Below, piece after piece: positions 11,358-23,478 of a DNA stretch of 64,000 nucleotides. A program made the translations under genes and the position numbers. Source of the DNA: Octopus bimaculoides (Eukaryota); NCBI RefSeq assembly GCF_001194135.2, contig NC_068994.1, forward strand, positions 53,681,880 through 53,745,879. The letters are read 5' to 3'. The stretch's first letter is position 1. Each line of letters begins with the position of its first letter. The notes beneath the pieces were generated by a model that worked only from the letters and a program-made list of their open reading frames with translations, searched no databases and had not been told where the DNA came from.

Positions 11358-14300
11358 GTAAGTTGTCTGTGTATGTATGTATGTGTATTTAGATTCTTTA
11401 TATTTAATTAGTTTTTCTCTCAAAAGAGAAAATTGGGTAATATGTTTATAATTATTTAGGTTTATTTTCCATTTTTGTGAACGAGGCGTTGAGGTCTCAC
11501 GAGCTGTTACAAAAATAGCAGCAAGATCTCCTTCAAATCGCATCTTATGTAATACCTTTTTCATACTAAATAGTTGGACTTCTCTGATAATGTAAGAAAT
11601 CCTAACAACTTTTTTTGTTTTTGTTAATTTCTATTTTTTCTTGTCAGGGCTAACTAGAATCTCAGAGTTCGATGTGATTGCTAAAAGCTATTCTACTGTG
11701 CATCTTGACTGGTCTTCTTCTCTACTCGAATACAAATACAGCATTCTAAATGAGACTGACAGGGTCTACTGCATCGTACAGCAAATAGTTGGGAGCGACG
11801 AAGATGAGGCTGAATGGAATGATATATATATGTATGTACGCCTACGTCATAATTTGTCTAGTAAAGAAAATAACTATCAAGATTTCATTTCTCTGAAAAT
11901 GGATTTTGTTGTTTAGCTCCAGGTCATCTTTGATCCAGCAGACCTTTGATCAAAGATGTTCCAGCCACAGCCATTCTGTTTTTTTTTTTTTTTGTCTTTG
12001 TTTTTGTTTTCATTTTCTTTTAAACATATTGTATTTAGGGCCACATTATTCAGTGTGTTGTTTTATTCAGGTCTAGCAACAGCATAGAGATTTTCTCATT
12101 GATTCATCTTGTGCGTTTTCAGTTTAGCCACATATCAGTCTTTATTAAGCAAACCGATAATCAAAGACATTCCAACCATGATCATCCCTTGCTCATTCAA
12201 AAAGAATTCATTGAGGCAGATTTTCTATGGTTGGATGCCCTTCTTGCCACCAACCATCACCAGTTTCTAAGCACAATAATACTTCCCATAGACAGACATG
12301 TTTTGCTTGTTTACAGCAATCACATATCAAGTCAGTGACATCATGTAATATCACACACACATGTGCACACATGCACCCCCACCTACCCACACACATACAC
12401 ACATGAAGGCTTCTTTCAGTTTCCATCCACCAAATCCACTCACAAGGTTGGTCCATGACTATAGAAGATACTTATTGAAGGTGACATGCACTGTGCTTGG
12501 GGAACAGACATAACCATACAGCCTTGTTTATGCTTATTTGGTGCACTCTGTTCTCAGAATTGCAAGCCTTTGCAATTATTTCCCATCCTCTGATTTTTTA
12601 TGAAGGCATCAACCTGTAGAAATTCAAACTGAACATCAACTACATCAGTCTCACCTGTATGGGAGAGCTTCTGTCCAGAGGCATAGCCAGGTTCAAAAGT
12701 TAGAGAGAGTCAGCACATGAAAAAAAGGTGCTGTGACACATACCAAGCAATTTTTAACCCATTTCTCTTAAATTGCACGAAATATTTGTTCATTAGTTTA
12801 ATGTTTTAGTAATAATGTCATTATGCATGAAACTTATGACTACTAATATAAGTGTAGCATTAAAAAGATGAAACTCCACAGGATTGTCCAATGTCAAGAG
12901 GTTATGACATATTTTATGCAAGGAGCATTTTCTTTGATATTAAATAGAAATGGGTGTGTAGTGAGACAAATAGAGAGATAAAGAGGTAAGTTGGTGTTAA
13001 CATAGTCAATAGATGAAAAAATTAAATCCAGCCCCATGACAGCATGGAAAATAGACATTAAAAGGTGGTGATGACAATGAAGAAGAACAAATACTTTAGT
13101 GATGAAACAAATAAACAAACAAATGGATAGGTGAGTGTGTACTAACATATGTATGGACCATTAAAAAGCTAATTAACAATAAATATATATTGATAAAAAA
13201 ATCAACAACTAATATTTTCTTTTTATATGTAGTGGATATGGTAAAAGTAAAATTGTTGAAGACCTTCAACCAAAGAAGGAGTACAAATTCAGAATTCGCT
13301 TCCACCGAAGTGATGACGTTTACTCAGCCTGGTCACCAACAGTACAAGTTATTACCGATAGTAAGTCAACATTTTTGTTTTTTATTTCTATTTTATTCCT
13401 TTTACTTTGACTTTTTTTCTTTTCATCATTTACAAACTTTTGATTTCTTAACAGCTTCAGTTTGAAAGAAGATGATCTGGTGCAGCCGCCTGGCTTGCCA
13501 GCCCTCAGTCAAACCGTCCGACCCATGCCAGCATGGAAAGCAGACGTTAAACAATGATGATGATGATGATGATCTCTCTCTTTCTTTTATTCAGATGAAC
13601 CATACTATGGAGAGAACTTGCATAAAGCTGTACGAAACCGATCTATGGCTGAAATTAAAACTGTTCTAAACTCTGGGTAAAGCATATTGTTTATTCATTT
13701 AATTTTTTTCGTTTTCTTTTTACCTTCTTTATTGTATCTCTACTCATATTTGCTATTTTTGTTGTCATCATCATCAGCCATCATTATAAACACCATCACT
13801 ATCATCATTGTCAGCATCAACAACAGCAGCATTATTATCAACATAATTATCATCATTGCCATCATCTAAAGCCAAGAATGATATATCTAGTCATTCAAAT
13901 TGCTCAGTATTACAAAAAAGGAAAAAAAAAACCCAATTTTCCTCAACCAACATCCTACCTTTTGTCTTTTAGGGAGTACATTTTGTTCTTTGAGTCCCTA
14001 AATCTTACACCGCTCCCCATAACATTGACAAAATGCTTTAATCTAGAATCCATGAGGGATTTCTTGCTTTTCCTCTTAATGCTACAAACCTGGAGTTAAA
14101 CATCAGACCTTACAAATCCTTATTAGGATTCTTAAGGGTTGGTGATAGGGATGATCACAAGGTTTCTTCTGAAGATAATAATTATATTGAGATTTATGAT
14201 TTATAATGATACTAGTGTTAAATATTGACAATAACGATGATTATTATGTTGATAGCAATGATGGTATTGGTGTTGTTGTTGTTGTTGGTGATAGGGAAGG

Positions 14301-17300
14301 AGAAAGGATATTGATAACAGTTTTTCATAATGTGTTACAGAAATATCATAGTTGATGTGCGAGATGATCATGGTCTAAGTGCATTAATGAATACGGCAAA
14401 ACTGGGCCAAACAGAGTAAGTATCCATTGTGTATATACAGTTTCATGGTGTGTATAGTGCCTAGTGTTGAAATGAAATAGCAGAATAAGATAACTACTTG
14501 CTCATATGCTTTTGTGTTCAAATCCACTTTAGATATTTTGTTGTGTGTTTGGACAATTCTAGTCTCCATCAGATCACCTAGATACCAGAAATAAAAGTCA
14601 GATCATGTACAAATGCTACTGTTACATAAGATAAACTGACATATATCCTGAGGTGAACATCAACATGTGGTTGCGAAATCAAATATAGTGGAAGTTAAAA
14701 ACCACTCTGAGCTTGGGACACATTTACACTTGACACTTACAATGTTTTGTGGTGTATATAAGGTCTACAGCAACCCTCATACAACCAGTAGAAGTTTTAA
14801 TTTTTCTCTGTTTTCTACAGACTTATTAAACTAATGAGAAAGTCATAATTCTCAGCCTTGCATTAATTACATAAAATTCAAAGCTGTACACCTTTTCTCT
14901 TCATACAGATCTCAACCAGAGCAGAATCAATCATTGACTCCTGGTGCCAAATGTTTCAGCTAAATAAGGCACCCATTTGTCATTTCTTTAGTGTATTTAA
15001 ATGTCTGGTGGTCAAGAATATATCTGGAGATTTTTCATTAAAGTTTTCTTTAAATAGTTTGGTGTAGAGTTCAAAGTGTTAGAGAGTGAGAGAAGATAAC
15101 TAAACTACATCCTTTGTATTTCAGTGTTATGAAAATGCTGTTGTCCTTTAATGCTTCTGTTAATGCTAAAGATGAGTCAGGAAAAACAGCGTGAGTATTT
15201 AGAATATCTTGTTTTATTTTGTGGTGGGGAGATAGGTCTTGACACATTAGAGCAGTAGTAGTAACTACTCATTACTTTGCAGTAGCTAACTTCTGTCACT
15301 AGATTTTATTGCCATCCATAGTAAAATACTAATTTGAAATAAAAAGTTTAGGGTGACCTTTTTCTAGATACACACATATGATTTGTTATGAATGATTCCT
15401 ATGCTTTCAAAAAAACCCAAAAAAACCTGAGTTTCAGTAGCAGATAATAGCACCTTCTAGACCAGGGGAAGTATATATTTATGCCTGTGCTTGCAGGAGT
15501 AAATTCAACAGATGTTATGGAATTTTAAGTGAGTAATAGAGAATGTGACACATTTGAGTTTTCAACAGTGAAAATGCTAGCATATCATTCAGCAGTAAGT
15601 TCTGCACACTCTTTGTGGCCTGTTTTGGGATTATGAAGAGAACCATCTGGAGAGTAATGCTTTTGTTCCAAATACACATATTTCCAGAACACTTTATTAT
15701 CCTGGTTGGTTTTCTTTTTAATCAGTTGATTGATATGGTTTTATCAGCCCCTCACTATCTATCTATTTAAAGCTATATATGGCTATGTTATGGCCAAACT
15801 TACAGTTTGTTTCTCCAGTCTAGAACTCAAATTAAAATTTAATAAGATAAAGAAAAAATAACATTTAAATTTCAGTTTAAAAAACAAAAATAATTTCAAT
15901 ACTTTAATAAAATTTTAAATTTCAGTTTCATTTCTCTCCTTCAAAACTCATCTCTGGCTTTTCAGTTTAGTGAAATATCTCAGTTTCATTAGAACAAATT
16001 TTCAAAATAGAAGCATACATGTAAAAGAAAGCATATATGAAATAACGGGGGTTTTTTTCTGTTTTTTTTTTTTTGTTTTTTTTTGTGGTGTTATTTCAGT
16101 TTAATGCATGCCTGCTTCCATGGCCAGTTACCAGCTGTGAAGTTACTGATTGAGAATGGTGCACTCTATGATGATTATGATTTGGGTGGATCTAGTGCAA
16201 TTCATTATGCCATTGACAGCTGCAACTGTGAGCTCATCGAGTGGATTTTCAAATCAGGAGCAGATGTGAACTGTCGAGACAGAAATGCTGGCTGGACTCC
16301 ATTGATGCGGTGTGGTGAGTTTTGTGTTGATAATTTGATTATTTTCGTTTTCTTTTTCCTTTTACAAATTCATTGGAAAGCACACATGCATGTGTTCCCT
16401 CTCCTCCTCGGAACTTTCCAAGAAGTCACCCTTCCTTGGACTTTTCCAGGTAATTTCGTACCCAACCTTGAAAATTTCCAAGAAGTCCTTCCGTGGAATT
16501 TTCCAGGTGATTGTGTCCACAACCACGGAACTTTCCAGGAAGTCGCCCTTCCTTGGACTTTCCAGGCAATCTCTTCCCTGTTCATGGACTTTTCTAGGTA
16601 ATTTCGTCCCCAGTCTCGGAACTTTCCAGAACATGGACTTTTCCAAGGTAATCCCGTCCTTGGGCTTTTCTAGGTAATTTGTCCGCAACCACGGGACTTT
16701 CCAGGAAGTCTTTCCATTTCGAGGAAGTCCAGCCCCTGCCTTGGACTTTTCCAAGTAATCTCTTCCCTGTTCATGGACTTTCCCAAGTAACTTCGTATCA
16801 AACTGGAACTTTCCAGGACATGGAAATTTCCAGGTAGTTTCGACCCCAACCACGAAACTTTCCAGGAAGTGTTTCCTCCTCGAAGCTTTCCAGGAAGTCA
16901 CTGCTTCCTTGGACTTTTCCAGGTAATTTCGTCCCCAATATCGGAACTTTCCAGGACAGACTTTTGTAGGTAATCTCGTCTGCATCGTTGGACTTTTCCA
17001 GGTAATTTCGTTCATCACCACGGATCTTTCCCAAAAGTCCTCCCCTTCCTTGGACTTTTCCAGATAATCTCTTCCATGTTTGTGGACTTTTCAAGGTAAT
17101 TTCGTCCCCAACCTCAGAAATTTCCAGGAAGTCTTTCCTCGGTACTTTCCAGGTAATTTCGTTCCCAATAACCTGGAACTTTTCAGGAGATCCTTCCTCA
17201 CCTGGGAACTTTCCAGGAAGACCTTCTGGAAACTTTCCAGGAAATCCTCCCCTTGGAACTTTCAAGTCCTTCCCCCTTCTCGGAACTTTTTAGGAAGTAC

Positions 17301-20300
17301 TCTCCTTCCTTGAAACTTTCCAGGAAGTACTTCCCTCGTCTACCTCCTTGGAACTATTCAGGAAGTCTCCCCCTCTCGTTCTTTGTAAGATCATTATATT
17401 GTGCACATGTAGTTGTTATGCATGTGCCTGGTGCACCCTTTTCAAATGGGTAGTCATGATGGGTATAATGGGCTTCCTAAATTTTACCTCAGTGTCACTT
17501 TGATGGCATGCACTGCTCTCACTCAATAATAATAATAATCCTTTCTACTGAAGGCACAAGGCCTTGAAATTTGGGGGGAGGGGACAAGTCGATTACTTGA
17601 TACTAGTAATGATAATATATTAGTAATGGTTTCAAATTTTGGTACGGAGCCTTCAGTTTTTTGAGAGGAGGGGCTAGTTGATTACATTGACTCTAGTACT
17701 TCATTGGTACTTATTTCCTCAACCCTGAAAGGATGAAAGACAAAGTCAACCTGGGTGGCATTTGAACTTTTAATTGGAAAAAGCAACAATTACTTGCTCA
17801 ATTTAATACATAATGTGAAAGGAAATCAACCACTGTATGTTGGATGCTACATAATGGGCTTATACCAGGCACCTCAAAAAATCAGACTTTACATAAAGAC
17901 CACATTAGTGGTCTTTGAATTTCAAAAACCTCAGACTATATCAGTGAAATGATGCACACATTACATTTTTTCTATCTGTTTTGATAGCCTCTCTTACTGG
18001 TAACTCAATAGTTGCTATGACATTAATTCACAATGGAGCCAATGTTAATCTCCAGGATAGTGATGGGAAGACCTGTTTAATGATTGCTGTCATCAATGGT
18101 CATCAGAAATTTGTGGAAGTTCTCTTGGAGAACGACGCTGATACCACAATTATAAATAAGGTTAGTAGATTGTCATCTTTACTTTTTTATCTTAATATAA
18201 TCATCATTATTGTTATTATTCATTGTGAAGGTTTACATAAAATGGGATGAGGAGGAAGCAAAAACAATGAGATAAAAGGTATATATACATAGTATACAAG
18301 TACATGAATGATACAGTCCTCCAATAATGACAATGGGTTCTGATTTTGGTACAAGGCCAGCAATTTTGAGGGGAGTGCAAGTTACATGGCAACCTTACTA
18401 GTACCAGTGGCATGGAAAAATTTCAGGCCTTTACCTATAATAGAAAGGACTATGAGAATAGTGGATTAGTAGAATGGGTGGCAAGTTGGACTTAATTACT
18501 TTACAGTATTTAGTTATACTCCAAGTTCAAATCTTCACACTGCATTTTATTGCATTTTAGCTTTCTAGGGTTGATAAAATAAATATCAGTCAAGTACTGG
18601 GCTAAATATAATTGATTGTACCCCTTTTCTGAAATGTATGGCCTTGTGCTTATGTTAGAAATTATTGTTGTAGAAGATGGCAGAATATGATGGAAGAAAT
18701 GAATTGATAAGCTTCCTGACTAATGTCTTTCAGTATTGAGTTTTGTCTCTTAATGTTCTGGTTCTTGATCCTACTATTTCTGTTTTCTTGATGATCCTTT
18801 TAGGATTAATGAAATAAGGACAAAAAACAAACTATGCTCTAGAGATCAAGGTTCAATAAAATAATTAAATTGGGGTTAATTCAATTGATATATTACCCAT
18901 TCCTCTTCCAAAGATTGTCTTGACACTTAGGAAGAAATCAACAGCCCTTTATATTTTGAGTTCAAATTCCACTCAACTTTGCTTTTCACTGTTTCAAGGA
19001 GTCAATGAAATAAAGCTATTGGAAAGTACTGGGAGCAGTTTAGTGGACTATATTGAATAGACTGTTCCCCAAATTCAAAGTCTTTATTAAAGAATCACTA
19101 ATATATATGAACAACCATTTACATTTATTGTTTTTTGTTTTTCTTTCTCCCTTTTCAGAGTGGCCGATCAGCATATGACATGGCTATTTCCCTTGAAAAA
19201 AGAGTGAGTAGCTTCACCATCGAAGTTAATTCTTTATCTCTTCCTCTTACTCTGTTACATCTGTCTTCTTTTACTTCTACTAGCCCCATTCTGATCTAAT
19301 TAAGCAGCTCCTAAAATATGGATTTTTTGGAACCAGGAAAAATTAAAGGCCAAGTTGACCTCAATGGGATTTGAACTCATAGCATGAAAAACTGGAATAT
19401 TATTGCCAGGCATTTTGTTAAATGTTTTAATGATCTTACAAATCCACTGTGTGATTAGGTAGGTAGGTTGGTAGGAAGGTAGGTAGCTAGGTAGGTAGAT
19501 AAATAGGTAGGTAAGTAGTCAAGTGGCAAATATATAGACAGACGATGGCCTGGCAGTAACATCACTTTGACTAGACATGGTTCTTCTATCCAAAAGCACA
19601 AAGATGATCATTGTGACTGATTTTACTGTGCTTTGGGAGGACAGACTTGACATTTCTCAGTAACTGAAGAAATTCTAACACCAGGACTTGGTTAATGAAG
19701 CAATTGTCAAAGAATGGCATGCAGCCTCAGTCCCCACTGAAGTCAGCTGTCATGTTTTCCCAGCAAGATCAGTGCACTGTTTCATGCAGAAGATTGGTTT
19801 GGAACCCAAACATCAGAAGAAAGCCTCAGAGGAGATCACCTCAATGTGATCCTTTTGTTGACAATGATTAAAACTATCATATTGTTTGAAACCCTTCTGT
19901 ACCTTCAGCAGGTATCTCAAGGTCACAAAAGTTTCACCCCTTACTCTGTATACTTCTCCTGAGCGGAGGCAATGAAGACTGAACTAGTTTTTACCTACAG
20001 AAGGGCCCTATCTGCAGTCTTTTCTCAACCTCAACCGCATTGAGGTGATCTCTGCTGCCATGTCAATTCTTATTTGGAGTTATTGCTTTCCTAGGCAGGT
20101 AAAAGGACTATTGTTGTTGGATTGACAAAATCCTTAGAGCATCAGACAAAATGCTTTGCAATATTTAGTTACAGCCCTTCACATTCTAAGTTCAAATCCC
20201 ACTTTGTAATTACTTTGCTCTCCTTCCTTCCAAGATCAGTAAAATAAGGAATCAGTCAAATACTGTGGTTTATTTAACTGATTGTTCCCTCCTCCAAAAT

Positions 20301-22509
20301 GTGTGATATTAAATCAGTGTTAGAAATCAATACATAAAGATGTTTTAAGGTCTGTGAATATTTGAATGGACAGCAGCAACTGGCCAGTACTCATCCCATA
20401 TAAGGTGGTCTTTCATTGCAATATGATTGAATCCCCTGTTATCCAGCCAATTTCATGATAATTTATTGAAAATGTTACTAATATCTATAAACAGCTATTT
20501 CAACTTAGCATGGCATGTTAGCAAAATCAGATTGTTGATGTTCAGCACCTAATAAGTTCAACACTTAATAACAGCAAGGATGTCTATGTATACATATCTA
20601 TTTACTTTTAGGTAGGCTGCTGCAGTAAGAACTGAGTGTTTTGAGCATGAACATCAAGCAACTAATTGAGAGGCTGGCAGTTCATATCCTATCACAGGCA
20701 AAGTGTTATATTTTCAATCAAGGCACTTAACTTACAAATGATTCAGTCTGTCATTTTTTTTTTCCATCTTTTAATTAGGTGATAATGCAATGCTCATAAC
20801 CAGTTACAAGGTCATTGAGAAGGAAGGAGAAACACATCTTCAAATTGGAAATCTGGCCTGAAAGCTTTCAAAACCACTAAAGACATTTAAAGTGCCAGGT
20901 GGTGCTGTTAAACTGGGCAAGTAGGCCATGGTGGGATTTGAACTCAGAATGCAAAGACCTGGAACAAATACTGCAAAGTATCTGGTCCAACATTCTTACA
21001 GTTCTACCAATCCACCACTTTGGACTCTTACATTTTTATTGACCCCAAAAGAGTTGGAAAGTGAGCTAGCCAACTTCTTAACTAGACAGCAAAGTCTGTC
21101 CCTTGTAAAGGAAACTAGATAGACAGAGATTCTGAATTACAGGTGCACACGAAACAGCTAACCTTGTCTGGCTCTGGCTTATTGAGTGCTTGCAGATTAC
21201 TGTGTTAAGGAATACTCAACTATTTTCACTATAGAGTTCTATATTTAAGAGATGAGGAATTATGTACATTATTTACATTTGATGGATATTTGTCCTCATC
21301 TTGTTTGTTATTAACACCATATTTCGGCTGATATCAGAGCACTATCAGTGATTCAAAAAGTACCTTAAGAATGAGAACCCAGGTTCGAAATTTCCCCAAG
21401 ACACTCAATGAAGGCTGGAGAATATATCAGCCGAAACGTTATGTTAACAATAAACAAGATAAGGACAAATATCCGTCAAATGTAAATAATATAAATAATG
21501 TATTTTCACTATAACTGAGCAAGTAGGTACTTCCATTGAGAAAACAACTGAAATATTCATCTTGAAAGTGATGTAAAATCCATATCATCATCATTTTAAT
21601 GTCCACTTTTCAATGCTTGCATAGGCTGGACAGAGTTAATTGAGGTAGATTTTCTAGAGCTAGATGCTCTTCCTTTCACCAACCTTTACCTGTTTCCAAG
21701 CAAGCTAATATTTCCCCATTGTCAGACATATTTTCACAGAATATTGGAAATGAATGACCCTGTTTGTATGACAGTGAGATTCATCTACAACTATCGTGAT
21801 ATCAAGACAAAGCAACACAAACACACACATGGGTTTCTTTCAGATTCAATCTACCAAATCCATTCACACAAGGCTTTGGTTGGCCTTGGGTTAAAGTAAA
21901 AGACACTTGTTCATGGTGTCACACAGTGTGACTGAATCTGAGACCATGTGGTTGGGAAGCAAACTTCTTAGTCACACTGCCATGTCTAATATAACTTTCC
22001 AACATTGGCACAATGCAGCAGATTATAAGAAGAGCACAGTGAGTTGAATTGATCTCTAATATAGAACCATTGCATTGCTGTTATTTAGTGCCAGGTCAGC
22101 CCACATTGAGCAAATGCCTAACGAAAGACATTTCAGTTGTGACTAGCACAACATTCCTAAATTCACATTATCAGTATGTCTTTGTCTTTTAAGATGGCAA
22201 AGTATGCTTTTAGAAGGAATTTGGCTGGTATTTTTAGCATATTGAGCAACCACTTACAAACTACACCTTATTGATTCAGGAGTCCTCAGAATATGTTGAT
22301 TAATATTTATGCCCTTCATTAAATGACTTCTTTTCTTACTTTCACAGACTTCTGATAGTTTTCTCTGATTCTAGTTTTTATTTCATGTTCATTTGTTAGA
22401 ATTTGTTTTAGAAGACATGTTTTTCATCTTTATTTGCCAGGCAATACAAAAGATAATGAACCCACATGATTCACTGAATATAGAAGGAAGGAAAGTTAGC
22501 TTTGTATAA
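11348..22509 (+). CDS. FANK1: Fibronectin type III and ankyrin repeat domain protein 1 (10 exons, 348 aa)
   Basis: join(11348-11357,11648-11831,13233-13360,13595-13676,14341-14415,15125-15190,16100-16314,17988-18160,19159-19203,22441-22509) = 1047 nt. All introns are GT-AG with consistent phases. The N-terminal FN3 domain (HLDWS...LQPKKEYKFRIRF...SAWSP) is followed by ankyrin repeats (GLSALM, GKTALMHAC, GGSSAIHYA, AGWTPLMRCA, DGKTCLMIAV), matching FANK1 architecture and length. Confidence 0.9.
11648..11831 (+). CDS. FANK1: FANK1 exon 2 (FN3, first half)
   Basis: ttgtcag|GG CTA ACT ... TAT AT|gtatgt, encoding LTRISEFDVIAKSYSTVHLDWSSS...EWNDIY. Confidence 0.85.
13233..13360 (+). CDS. FANK1: FANK1 exon 3 (FN3, second half)
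   Basis: tatgtag|T GGA TAT ... GAT A|gtaagt, encoding GYGKSKIVEDLQPKKEYKFRIRFHRSDDVYSAWSPTVQVITD. Confidence 0.9.
13595..13676 (+). CDS. FANK1: FANK1 exon 4
   Basis: ttattcag|AT GAA ... TCT GG|gtaaag, encoding EPYYGENLHKAVRNRSMAEIKTVLNSG. Confidence 0.9.
14341..14415 (+). CDS. FANK1: FANK1 exon 5
   Basis: gttacag|A AAT ... ACA GA|gtaagt, encoding NIIVDVRDDHGLSALMNTAKLGQT. Confidence 0.9.
15125..15190 (+). CDS. FANK1: FANK1 exon 6
   Basis: atttcag|T GTT ... ACA GC|gtgagt, encoding VMKMLLSFNASVNAKDESGKTA. Confidence 0.9.
16100..16314 (+). CDS. FANK1: FANK1 exon 7
   Basis: atttcag|T TTA ATG CAT ... TGT G|gtgagt, encoding ankyrin repeats LMHACFHGQLPAVKLL...AGWTPLMRC. Confidence 0.92.
16405..17370. 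repeat. Degenerate ~25-35 bp minisatellite in FANK1 intron 7
   Basis: Alternating units ggaactttccaggaagt... and ggacttttccaggtaat..., roughly 30 copies. They explain the long repetitive ORFs on both strands. Confidence 0.9.
17545..17790 (-). mobile_element. tRNA-headed SINE, family with ggtacttattt...aaaggatgaaaggcaaagtcgacc core
   Basis: The core motif recurs at ~26405-26560, 39470-39640, 40985-41180, 41690-41890, 42095-42310 and 60770-61010. A B-box-like GAGTTCAAATTCC lies on the minus strand. Confidence 0.7.
17988..18160 (+). CDS. FANK1: FANK1 exon 8
   Basis: ttgatag|CC TCT ... AAT AAG|gttagt, encoding SLTGNSIVAMTLIHNGANVNLQDSDGKTCLMIAVINGHQKFVEVLLENDADTTIINK. Confidence 0.92.
19159..19203 (+). 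CDS. FANK1: FANK1 exon 9
   Basis: cttttcag|AGT ... AGA|gtgagt, encoding SGRSAYDMAISLEKR. Confidence 0.85.
21259..21499. mobile_element. Fold-back element, probably derived from a Penelope-like element, with a degenerate hammerhead motif
   Basis: Inverted arms of ~76 bp at 21259-21334 and 21424-21499. Internal sequence gacac-TCAATGA-a-GGCTG...CAGCC-GAAACGTT. Confidence 0.65.
22441..22509 (+). CDS. FANK1: FANK1 terminal coding exon 10 (AIQKIMNPHDSLNIEGRKVSFV*)
   Basis: Acceptor tttcatctttatttgccag|, phase 0, TAA at 22507-22509. It gives a full-length protein, but this exon is weakly conserved. Confidence 0.7.
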   Translation, partial: AIQKIMNPHDSLNIEGRKVSFV

Positions 22510-23478
22510 CCCACAGAACCTAGGTATGTGTCTGATATTTGTATACCTACTAACACCTTTTATTTCCCTCATCACATCTATGTAGATATATATATATATA
22601 TATATATATCATCATCATCATCGTCGTCGTCGATAGACAGACTCTTATCAACATCATGTGGTCTATTTTGGACAGATTCATTCCATTCATTAATAATTCA
22701 AAAGAATGCATTGAATGTTTGACTGAAAAGTATATTGTAAACCATGCAACACTAATAATATAGATGCACAGGGCTAATGTTGACCTGCAGACATAGTATG
22801 AAAATTTTGTTATCTCTTTTCAGGGCAACACTAAACATTAATGATATTGGACATCATATGTTGCAAACTTGTATTTATCAGACCAACATTGATGAAAGTC
22901 CAGCAAAGAATTTTTGCCCAAATTCCAGGATAAAAGCTAGGAACTATGGCATGGACATTACTAAAGACATTAAAGTAAATACATTATATATTATAATCTA
23001 AAAGAATCTATGTAAGTGCATATTGAGTATTTTGTTGTTTTGCATAACATCTAACACTACTGTTTGCAACACACATGCATGCACACGAACATGCATACAT
23101 ACGCATGCACACACACGCACACACAAACACATATATATGACTGAAACTAATTCACAAATTATATCTTTATATATAAATGTATGCAAACATCTCCATAATA
23201 CAGAATGCTCTTGTTCTGCACTTATAGGAATTATAAAGCATGACCACTAATTTAGTGGGTATGGCCTGTGTTATTCCACCCTCACAGTAACTCAGGTAAG
23301 CTGTAACAATTTTGAAAACTAAAATCACAATCCATATATATACAAATAATTTTTTTAGAGAAACAATATATATTTAGTGTGACTGTAAAGTGTTCAACCA
23401 CTCTGCTTTTCATTTTTCTGCTGTCATTCGTTGTACATTTTACAGTCTAGTAATGACAATTCTTTAAATTTATTTGTA

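Noticed and set aside
16315-17313. Long ORFs on both strands across the satellite, including read-through of FANK1 exon 7 to 16601
   Set aside because: The repeat unit lacks stops in several frames and the peptides are low-complexity echoes of the repeat. Exon 7 has a strong GTGAGT donor.
16405-17370. CRISPR-like repeat-spacer pattern
   Set aside because: The context is eukaryotic, the repeats are degenerate, the spacers resemble each other and there are no cas genes.
20612-20635. Alternative FANK1 last exon candidate (VGCCSKN*) after tttacttttag
   Set aside because: It is too short to evaluate, and the 22441 exon gives a length closer to known FANK1.
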